In this document: in pieces, positions 54,982-64,000 of the stretch
How the letters are laid out: each line of letters starts with the position of its first letter
How positions within the stretch are numbered: the first letter of the stretch is position 1
IMG/VR virus record: IMGVR_UViG_3300035698_022190
Location: 124,001-188,000 of that record
Direction: 5' to 3' (one strand)
Length of the DNA stretch: 64,000 bases
Position numbers and translations under genes: made by a program
The notes under the pieces: model-generated
Told to the model about the DNA's origin: nothing
Seen by the model: the letters and a program-made list of their open reading frames with translations, nothing else
Database searches by the model: none

Positions 54982-57144
54982 ATGAGTTTTAATTTAAATA
55001 AAGTTGAGTATAAAGACCATTTAAAAGGGTTTTGAGCGGGCAATTTAATAGCTAATTGGAAAGCGTTGCCGAGCGAGTTCAAGAAATTTGAGCCACCATT
55101 TTTTACCACAAAGGATGATATACTGTTTCCCTATAACTGGCAAGTGAACTGGAAAGCTGACGACGACAATGATATTGAGTATATGTATTTACACTTAATG
55201 AATAAACATAAAACATTGCAGCTGTCAGCAAATCAAATTCGAGATGGATGATTAGAACATATAAACGATGATTATTTGTGGGTTGCCAATCAGCGTGCTT
55301 ATGATTTAATGAAAACAGGCATGGTTCCCCCAAGCACAGGAATGGCGTGTAATAATGAGTTTTCTGACAAGATTGATGCCCAAATAGAGTGTGAAATCTT
55401 TGGTGTATTTTATCCCGATGAGCCACACAAGGCATTAAATATAGCAGATTTGCCAATTAGAACAGTTGGCGAAGGTATTGCTTATCACGCCTCAAGAGTT
55501 TATGTGGCGATGTATTCTTTAGCTTTAAACAGTCAATCGCCATTAGAGTTGTTAGATAAAGCAATCCAATATGGGAATGATAAAACAAGTGAGATTTATA
55601 ATTCAATAAGAGTAAGTTTCAAAAATAGTTATACTTGGGAAGAAGCGAGAGATTTCTTTTATGAAGAATATCAAAAGAACAACTCTGACTACGATTGGGC
55701 GTTAGATGCTGAGATTAATTTTGGTGCTGTTCTAATTGCTCTGTTATGGGGTGAAATGGATTACAAAAAGACTGTGATGATTGGTACTCTTGCAGGATGG
55801 GATTCAGATTGTAATGCAGTTACAGCAGGGTCATTGGTTGGATATGTAAAAGGATTCAAACATCTTGAACAGGTTTTTGGTAGAAAGATTTATACTAATT
55901 ATAATATAGCAAGAACTCGTAAGAATATGCCTGATTATTTACCTAATGTAAGTGGCGCTGAAGATACTTTTGAGTTCATGGCAGATAGAATGATTAATTT
56001 TATGACAATAGATAATGGAGATAAAATGAAAAAAGTAATATTTTGTATTGGAGACAGTAGAACTGCTGCAGGACACAGTCCTTGGTACACACCAGCTCCC
56101 GATAGTTATCCTTTTTTCTTACAGCAAGAAATGGGGAATGGGTATGATGTTAGACAGTGGGGACAAGGTGGCACTTCTGTAACTAAGGGAGTCCATTGGA
56201 GTATCTGGGATGGTTTTGAAGGTAACCCGGCTTTGTCTTTTCAGCATTTAAAAAATGTTCAGCAAATAGAGAGTTTCTGGGATAAAGCTTTTCCTGGAAT
56301 GCCTTTTAATGAAACTGAGATAATTAACATCGTCAATTATGGTACTAATGATGCGATGAATAATAGATGGCCTACAACTAAAGCGAACTTTAAAAGGGAT
56401 TACAAAGCATTAACTTGGCTACTAAAAGGTAAAACATACCTTTGTTTACCACAGCCAACTTTTGGTACAGGTGAAGACCATGTTTATAACTCGTCAATTT
56501 TAGAAGTGCACGCATTAATAAATGAGCTTTCCAAAGAAACAGGATGCCCCACAATAGACTTTTATACAGGTACAACAGCTAGTATGTCGCCTGTTGATGG
56601 GCTACATTTCGGAGCATTAGGCAATATGCACTTTGCTAATGCAGCAAGTAAAGAATTAAAAAATGACTCACCAATAATACCACCAATAATCGGAGAACCT
56701 ATGGAAACACCAATAATTAAAATTGAAAATAATAAACTATCCGTAACTAATTTTGATCCAACTGTTACAAATTATAGCTGGCAGTATAGTAAAACATTGC
56801 ATGGTTATGATGAATGGCTTGGTTTTGGAACAGAAATGGACATTAAGCCGAGATTCCAAATAGATGGACATTATTTCTTTTGTTACGCAAGAGATAATAC
56901 CACTGATGGTAGAACACCTGATTCTAAGAGGGTGATATATAAATCAGGCGCCCCGGCCCCAATATGCGGATGCACAGATTCGGAAGCAACAAATTATAAT
57001 CCAAACGCCACAGAAGATGACGGCACATGCATATACTCTAACCCCACCAATAATGATAAAGTTGTTTTAGAGATGCGAGCACATCTTTTAACTGCTACAA
57101 ATGCATTAACTGCCATTGAAGACTTATTTGATGATATTGAGTAA
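54982..57144 (+). CDS. ADP-ribosylglycohydrolase-like domain + SGNH/GDSL hydrolase + C-terminal GCTD-NYNP repeat motif (720 aa; TGA at 55033 and 55249 read as Trp)
   Basis: LKGF[TGA]AGNLIANW, DDDNDIEY, IRDG[TGA]LEH, IDAQIECEIFG and GWDSDCN (ARH family). IGDSRTA, GQGG, NYGTND and DGLHF (SGNH). CGCTDSEATNYNPNATEDDGTC. Confidence 0.85.
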
Positions 57145-57157
57145 AATTTAAGGAGAC

Positions 57158-57433
57158 ATGATGAAAAAAATAGCTAATAGATTTGTGCCCTCAAGAGATT
57201 TCGTTAAGCTTTGAAACAGGCGTAGTCGTATTGCAGCACAGCTCACAAAACAGGTAGCTGAAATAGCAACTAAACGAGTAGCACCTGGACCAGAGCCATT
57301 GGGAAAATTTATGAAAGCAATAAAAGTTCCAAGCCAACGAATCACAAAAGTTGATCAAGATATTTCTAAAGTCCAGTCAATAATAAATAAAAAAAGATAT
57401 TCAAAATTATACAAACAGTATCATGGAGCTTAA
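57158..57433 (+). CDS. Basic hypothetical protein (91 aa; TGA at 57212 read through)
   Basis: AAGGAG RBS and an open frame to TAA except for one TGA. Its end overlaps the next gene. Confidence 0.7.
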
Positions 57434-57794
57434 ATTAAAATATATTTTCACTACCGAGACAGATCGTCAAGAGGGGCTTATGCAGAAGGCCCCTCTTGCA
57501 CAGAACGAAGGTGCTTTATTTATCTGGCAAAAGCCCGTTGTAAATTATGTTTGGAATAAGAACGTATCCTTTCCAATAGATGTCGGATTTTTTTCTGAAT
57601 CACACTCTCTTATTAATATAGAGCATTTAAGAGCTTATCAAGAAAGTCCAGTATATTCAGTTGGGCGCTATCAATTTATCTTAGAAACCCCTCATAGTTG
57701 GTTTATTAAACACAAAATAAAAGTGTTTACCAACTTAATTAAACTTTTAGACCCTATACCCAAAGAATTATCTTGACAAACTGCTAAAAATTAA
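57423..57794 (+). CDS. DUF192 family protein
   Basis: RQEGLM, GALFIW, WNKNVSFPIDVGF and ILETPHSWF. Ends at TGA 57776, or at TAA 57794 if read through. Confidence 0.85.
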
Positions 57795-57806
57795 CTATCT
57801 TAAAGT

Positions 57807-58304
57807 ATGTTAAATCCTGCGACTGATAAGACACAACCTTCCGAATATACGAAGGCCCTCAAACTAAAAAATAAACTTGATATTGCTATACGCAATAAAG
57901 AGCTCCAAAACATTTCTCATAATGTTCGAGCAATGGTTGATGGAAAAGAAAGTAACAAATCTTTTGCTAAGAGTGTTAGCAAACATACCGCCACAGGTGC
58001 TGTAGTAGGCGCTGCCGCTGGTGGGGTTGCCTCTGTTCCCCTATCTTTAATATCAAAAGGTTTTAGAGGTTTAAGACATAAGCCCATTGGCATGGCTACA
58101 GTGGCTGCCTCAACTGCAATCGGTGCAGTTGCGCTTGGCGGAAATCGCCTTAGACAGGGAAAACGTCCAATTCAAATTAGACAACACGACGCAGATTTAA
58201 TGCATTTAAAAGGCTTAAGACAAGAATTAAAAAACACAGAATCACCTGCTTATACAGCATATGTTAAACATAACAGAAAGTTGAGCAGGACTGTGGATGT
58301 TTAA
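57807..58304 (+). CDS. Basic protein with Gly/Ala-rich hydrophobic segments (putative internal virion protein)
   Basis: ATGAVVGAAAGGVASV and MATVAASTAIGAVALGG. Confidence 0.65.
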   Translation: MLNPATDKTQPSEYTKALKLKNKLDIAIRNKELQNISHNVRAMVDGKESNKSFAKSVSKHTATGAVVGAAAGGVASVPLSLISKGFRGLRHKPIGMATVAASTAIGAVALGGNRLRQGKRPIQIRQHDADLMHLKGLRQELKNTESPAYTAYVKHNRKLSRTVDV

Positions 58305-58764
58305 AGTCAATGCTGTTTCACATAAAAATTTTTCAGAAATACAAAAAGAAGTTTTAGATCAAACGATTGTTAAGCTCGAAACGGTATTTAATAGTCAAAA
58401 ATTTAAAGAACAAGTAGTAAACTTTAAATGTCCTTTAACAGGAAAGGAAGAATTTCTTGAAAATTTAGGACATTCAAATGAACAGTTGTATGACAAGTTG
58501 ATGAGCGGAGCCACACTCCACGTAGAAATTGATACCGACCTACCCAGTCGCAGGGTTATCGGATATACATATCCCAAAGGGGTTACAATTTATACATATA
58601 AGTGGTGGTTTGATAAATATGCAAAAAAATATTATGCTGCTCATTTAGCGCATGAATGGTGCCATAAACTAAACTTTGACCATACAGCACGTCGTAAGAA
58701 ACGGTGGAAGTATACTGTACCATATATGATAGGAAATATAGTAGAAGAGTTAACTAATGAGTAA
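58297..58764 (+). CDS. Zincin-like metallopeptidase domain protein
   Basis: HExxH motif in AAHLAHEWCHKLNFDH, preceded by VIGYTYP. Confidence 0.7.
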   Translation: MFKVNAVSHKNFSEIQKEVLDQTIVKLETVFNSQKFKEQVVNFKCPLTGKEEFLENLGHSNEQLYDKLMSGATLHVEIDTDLPSRRVIGYTYPKGVTIYTYKWWFDKYAKKYYAAHLAHEWCHKLNFDHTARRKKRWKYTVPYMIGNIVEELTNE

Positions 58765-61408
58765 AGCCAAAGATATTTGATCTAAGACTAAAAAACAAGT
58801 TGGACAGAAAGTCGAACAGATTGAGAAAAAAGATATAGCTATTGGTACTGGTGTAGGACTTGGCGCTGGGACAATAGCCCAGAAAATAGACAAACCTAAA
58901 CGTTTGTTTGCCGGTGGAGTCCATCAAGGTAAAAAATTAGTCTACTATAATCCTTTTGTAGCAAAGTATCCTTTTAAAATACAAGGTAAGTTCAAAGAGA
59001 CAAAGCGAAAAATTAATCGAGCAGCTACATTTATTTCCAGAAAAAAGGCTCAGATTAGACACCCCGCAATTCCCGTTTACACAGATTCCCAAAAAATACC
59101 AAAAGGCTCGGTCGCTTATAATTACTCTGAATTAGACCTTAAGGGCGGGGGCCCAAATAGGGCTCCTGTGCATAAAAGTGTATCTGTAATTAATAATATA
59201 AAAGATTCTTCTACCTTTACTGATAAGTATAATTTACAATCTAGTAAGGCTTTTTATTCACGGGGTATTTCAACAAAAACAGAAATGTTTGATGACTATG
59301 TATCACGCAAAGTAGGGAAACCCATAAAAGATATTAGCCAGCTAGAGGCTCAAAAAGTCTTTGAAAGTGCCTCTCACAAATTTGTAAAACCACGAGTCGG
59401 AACCATGAGCCAAGGAACTTATACTTCTGGTGAGAAACTTTTAACTGAATTTGATGAGACCATCGGAAAGGGTACTAACAAAAAATCAGGTAAACCAGCT
59501 TTCTTAAAGGTTTGAAATAATAAAAAGAATTTTATTGTACAAGACAAATTAGATTTTGCTGGCAAAAAAGAATATCGTATCCATGTGGGACCAGAAGGTG
59601 TAGAGCAGACCGGTTTTAAACGTTTTGGAAGAAGAAACCCTGTAAATGCCTTTAAACATGTGGATCAAGAATTTTTAGGAAATCTTGGGGCTGCTCATAA
59701 AGAATTTCTGAAAACTAAGGGTGAGTCAAAGAACATGGTTATTGGTTATGACGTCGCGCAGACCAAAAAAGGATGGAAGGTGGTCGAAGGTAATATTATG
59801 TCAGACTTTAAAGCAGGCGGACACTGAAGAGCAAAAAATTTAAAATTTAGACATGCTGTAACAGGAAAAGGTCTTACAGGTAAAGCTATAGGTGTAGGAG
59901 CTTTAGCAGCTGTAGGCGTAACAGCATACTCTGCATTAAAGAAAGAGGCTGCAAAGAAACGGAAAGTTTCCGGAGAAACAAAAGCCACGGCATTAATGGC
60001 AGGCGGAGCAACCACTGCTGGAACATATATTCATCTTCGTAAGCCTGATTATCACACATCAAGAAACATAGCCGCACTTCAAAGAGAATCAAAAGGTAAA
60101 GTTACTTCTTTACATTATAATACTTCAAGTAAATTCCATCAATTAGCTAATAAGGCTGTATTTGGTGGATCTATGAAACATCTTGATTCTCATAAGCTGT
60201 GGTCCCAAAGAAAAGGACCTTGAAAAAAAGGAAAGAAAAAACAAATTGAAGGTACATTATATCTTAGATCACAGAAGGGGACTGCAACAAAATGAGTACC
60301 AGATGTGGGAATTAATTTAGATCCGGGACAGCACGCAAAAAAGGGCGGCAAAGGATCAGCCTGAGGTCGTTTAATAAAAAAAGAAACATTATCTGATACC
60401 CCTGCATTGAAAGGTCTGGCAGTTGAGAATTGAGATGCTGATAGGTTTCTTGAATCGAGAGGTACTACTCGAAAAGAATTTTTGTCAAAAACAAACGATG
60501 AGTGGGAACCGCTATTTAAAAAGTGGCATAAAGAAAAGCCAGTATTTGTTAAACAAGACAGTTCCAATATGAAGGGAGTATATGGTGATTTAGATAAAAT
60601 TAGACGACACCAAATGAAAGACATTGGGGGAAAGAAAGTATATACCCCAATCAAAACTGACAATTATGATATTCTTAGAAAGCAATTAACTAACCCACCT
60701 AAGGCAGTAAAAGGGGCTGTTAATAGAGGCACTTTCTTTTTTGGCGCAAAGATTCCAAAGGAAATGAAAGAATATCGTGTTCACACTCTTAATGGAAAGT
60801 TTTTAAATGCTTCTCCTCGTTGGGGTGACAAAGCTCTAACAAAATGAGAAACCAATCCAGCTAAAATTAATGAAAAATCCATTCGACAGCTTGAAGCTGG
60901 TGTAACAAAGCTCCAATATGAAGAGCTCCCCAAAGAACTAAAAAAGCATAGACAGCATAAAAGATTTAAAACCTCGCCTGCTCGAATTCGTCACAAATAT
61001 TTAGGGATGGACGTTTTTATAGACCCATCTGGAAAGCATGCTCCAAAAATAGTAGAAATTAATTCTAGTCCTATGACTGCTGGTATGCCTATGACTAATT
61101 TAAGGAAGGATCAGGTAGAAGATATATTACAACAAAATAAAAGAATTAAAGGGCCTTTACCTGATACTAAAAGCAAAGCTTATAAAAAAATTGTGCGAAA
61201 GCCAAAAAACTTCTTACTTTTAACGAAATCTCGTTTAGGTAAAATGAAAGCACAGCATAGTGAAGCAAAAGCTTTTTATACTTCTTTGACTGGAAGAAAA
61301 GAATTTAGAAATGTAGCGGTAGCCAAAGCTGGCGTAGCTGGTTTAGCAACAATTGGATTAACAGGAGCGGCAATTCATGGCCTCAAAAAAAGAAAAAAGA
61401 ACAGATAA
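58757..61408 (+). CDS. 883-aa protein with two ATP-grasp modules and Gly/Ala hydrophobic segments (8 in-frame TGA read as Trp)
   Basis: Five listed ORFs share one frame, separated only by TGA (58778, 59513, 59825, 60221, 60293, 60362, 60431, 60845). Module 1: FVKPRVG, FIVQDKL, KEYRIHV, IGYDV, VVEGN. Module 2: VFVKQ, KEYRVH, LGMDV, IVEINSSP. Confidence 0.85.
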
Positions 61409-62567
61409 TTTAATTTCTGCAGCAGGCGGCACGGGTGTGGGGACAGCTGCATACTTAGGTAGCAGGTCTATTGACATCTCAAATCACTCAGATGCGACAC
61501 AGCAGCGTTTAATTTCTGCTCATAAAAAACGTGGTACAGGCATTGGTTTTAGAAATAAGCCTAGAGCCCTGCTAGCTAAAGTTATATATGAGCCTAAATT
61601 TAAGTATTATACTTTAAAGTCACAGGTACGGAAAAACCCACCAGGGGTAATGTTTAGTAAATTACTTACTAAAACTGAGGGCGGTATTACTATTAATGGC
61701 CCTAAGTTATTTAAATCTTATCGCAAAACTTTAAGTAATAAAAAGAATTACCAAAACCTTCCGCATATTGGAAAATATTTTCCGAAAACAATGGAAATGA
61801 CGGATGCCTTTGCAGAAGTTGGTATTTCAAATGTATCTAAAACCACCGATAAACAGCTTTTAAAAGGCGTAGCTGATATTGAAAAGAAACACGGTAAGTT
61901 CTTTTATAAACAAAAACCAGACTTTGATAGAAATCTAGGGCACTCAATGCGTGGAGCATACGGCCATAGTGAGGATATACCTAAGGGTGTAAAACGTACA
62001 GATATTACTCTTTGAGACCGCGTACGAAATAAAGATGTAAGATATAAAAAAGCTCCTGACATATTAAAAACAATTAGAAAAGAAGCCCCTAATGTACTAA
62101 TCAGCAATGATTGGGGAACAGGACACAAAGAATACCGTTTAGAAATTTTGGGAGATAAGCCCACACTTCTACACCGTTTTGGTCGTAAAAAAGGAATGAA
62201 GGTTAAGATAGACAAAGAATTAAGTGAGTCTGGAAGAGCCGGGTTAAACACATTTATTGGTGACTATAAAAAATATTTAACCAACAAAGGGGCATACAAG
62301 CATCTAGATGAAGTTCCTTTTGTTGGCGCAGATATAATTATTCCTAAGAAAGGAAGGGTAAAAGGAGTAGAGTTACAATGGAATTCAGGTTTCCCCTTCC
62401 ATGCTAAGGCAATGAAACATATGGTATCTAAACCCTATGGATCAACCGGACGCATGGCCGAATATATAACGGGACGTATTTCACATCCAAAGGCATTAGC
62501 TATAGGAGGTACTGCAGCCTTAGCAGTTGGCGGCGGAATCAAAGCGTGGAGAAGACGTAACGATTAA
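61377..62567 (+). CDS. 396-aa ATP-grasp protein with terminal hydrophobic segments (TGA at 62013 read as Trp)
   Basis: FPKTMEM, KFFYKQK, KEYRLEI, VGADII and GVELQWNSG. GGAG RBS. Confidence 0.8.
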
Positions 62568-63454
62568 TGAAAACTTTAGTTAAATTAGGTTTTGAGGCTG
62601 CTAAACCACGTACGCGTCTTAGACGTGTCACGGATGTAGGCACAGCGGCCTTTGCTGGGGCCTTAACGTCACTTGTACCCGGAGTCCCTATAGGAACCGG
62701 TATAGTAGCTGGGATAGCTCCTAAGGGCCATAAAACAGAAGTGGCGGCTAAAACAACAGCTGGAGGTATACTTGCCTCAGCACCCGCAGCAATGTATGGT
62801 GTGCATAGGTTAGCTAAAGATGTCAGTAATACTAATAAAGCTGATTATATGCGCTTAATAGATCGCGGACAAGAATTATATAAAGATGTAAAGACCGGGA
62901 AAGCAGGTAAGTGAAAAACGTTAAAGTATATGATGCGTCGAAGTAAAGGGGCAACTAAGAAAATGTATGCAGCCAACATTGCCTTAGGAACAATAGGAAC
63001 TGGGCTATCATATGCTGCAGCAACAAAAAATTATTATAAAAAAGCAGAACTAACTAAGCTTGGTTTCCATCCTGAGTCTTTTACGCAACCATCTCATGAA
63101 AAAGATCAGGCCTTTCTAAATTCTTTTTCGCGTGCGGGGATTAGTGGCAAAACAAGAAAAACTTTAAATAATCCACTGACTTGGGCTTTAGGTGGTATAA
63201 GTTTATTTATGAATCATAAAAAACGTTCAGATAATCCAGAGTCAATGTGGCCTTATTTAACTGGTGGTTTGTTAGCAGCAATATCAATAAAAAGATGAAG
63301 CAACGCAAGCAAAAGAGAAAAACAAAAATTTGTAAAAGAATATAATGCTACAATGGGCACCACTTTTACTTTAAAGCATCCTAAGATGCAATCACTTTGG
63401 AATATGACAAATGCCCATGCAAATAGGGTAGACAGGTTTAAAGGTAATGGCTAA
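62567..63454 (+). CDS. 295-aa basic protein with several Gly/Ala hydrophobic segments (TGA at 62912 and 63296 read through)
   Basis: ORFs 62567-62914 and 62930-63298 share a frame, which stays open to TAA 63452-63454 and overlaps the next ATG. Confidence 0.75.
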
Positions 63455-64000
63455 ATTTTTTAAAAAAGCTGAGTATGATCCAACTAAAGTACGTCAGGCC
63501 CCTGGCTATGATGCCGGAGCTCAATATAAACATAATAGAAACACGCCTACATCACATGCTATTAGACAATTAGGGGCAGAGTGAATTTATAGAAAACCCC
63601 CAAAAGGAGTTTTTAAAGAAAGTAAAATTCCTGTAAATCAGGGATCCCATTTAAAAACAGCCGGGGTATGGGGAAAATTTACTAATGCCTTGTCAGAAGG
63701 TTTTAAAGAAAGCGACGCTGAATTAAAACAAAGTATGAATCATGGTTGAGAGACTTTAAAAGCTCATGGTAGGTATGGTAAGCATTTGAGTAAACATAAA
63801 TTTTATGTTTATAAAACGGGTCGAGAGTATGGAACGCCTCGTATTCCTTTATTAAAGCACGACATGTCAAAATTTTTACCAAGTGAATGAGTTCCCTATA
63901 CTAATTTTTGAGAAGGCCCTGAGGGAGTTAAAGGTACATCAAAATCTAGAACATTAAAAACTAGATATGGTCTAGCAGCTCCAGCAGTTTACGATCGTTT
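63447..64000 (+). CDS. Partial basic protein running off the window (TGA at 63582, 63747, 63888, 63909)
   Basis: MAKFFKKAEYD... No TAA or TAG in 184 codons. Confidence 0.75.

Larger units (their letters stand above)
30723..57801 (+). promoter_or_regulatory. Family of eight sigma70-like promoters TTG(A/C)YN-17/18-TAT(A/C)TT
   Basis: The -35/-10 pairs are at 30723/30746, 33324/33347, 37648/37671, 39054/39077, 40768/40791, 50776/50799, 52908/52932 and 57773/57796. Confidence 0.8.

Noticed and set aside
57774-57776. DUF192 terminal TGA as independent proof of recoding
   Set aside because: It lies within the TTGACA -35 box of the next promoter and adds only six residues, so it is uninformative.
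53320-63911. Purine bias after the recoded TGAs (17 of 20) as a read-through signal
   Set aside because: First codon positions are generally purine-rich, and stop TGAs in ATGA overlaps have similar +4 bases. It cannot be called significant without a test.
53155-64000. TGA interruptions as pseudogenisation or sequencing error
   Set aside because: All 20 interruptions are TGA, with no TAA, TAG or frameshift. Catalytic motifs are intact, and random error or decay would not be so specific. Read-level confirmation is still needed.
53155-64000. TGA as selenocysteine, or as Gly (code 25)
   Set aside because: The alignable sites correspond to conserved Trp, not Cys or Gly. Eight TGAs in one gene with no evident SECIS hairpins is not Sec-like.
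1-64000. Whole genome in code 4
   Set aside because: At least nine minus-strand genes end at TGA in ATGA couplings, and long minus-strand genes use only TGG internally.

Overview
The window is a 64-kb segment of a large AT-rich tailed phage (jumbo/huge-phage-like) genome. No host housekeeping operons are visible. The minus strand carries dense runs of small Shine-Dalgarno-led accessory genes, including RtcB, an Rnl2-like RNA ligase, an ATP-dependent DNA ligase, a radical SAM enzyme, a nucleotidyltransferase, RNase HII, RadC/JAB and several nucleases. It also carries a cluster of degenerate tRNA-like RNAs (24.5-26.7 kb) and a repeat-rich non-coding region (21.8-23.2 kb). The plus strand carries baseplate spike/PAAR-like genes, glycan-modifying enzymes, a LAGLIDADG endonuclease, a C1 peptidase, Hsp20 and a long block of probable virion-associated genes. 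The main result is a split genetic code. From about 53.1 kb to the end, plus-strand genes contain 20 in-frame TGA codons and no internal TAA or TAG, and several of these TGAs fall on Trp residues conserved in recognisable families. Reading TGA as Trp joins the fragments into an intact LigD-type phosphoesterase-ligase, an ADP-ribosylglycohydrolase-SGNH fusion and two proteins carrying three ATP-grasp modules. Minus-strand genes use TGA as an ordinary stop, often in ATGA overlaps. The two strands also differ in promoter motif and translation-initiation signal. No TCA-anticodon suppressor tRNA was found in this window. All family assignments come from motif recognition, not database searches.
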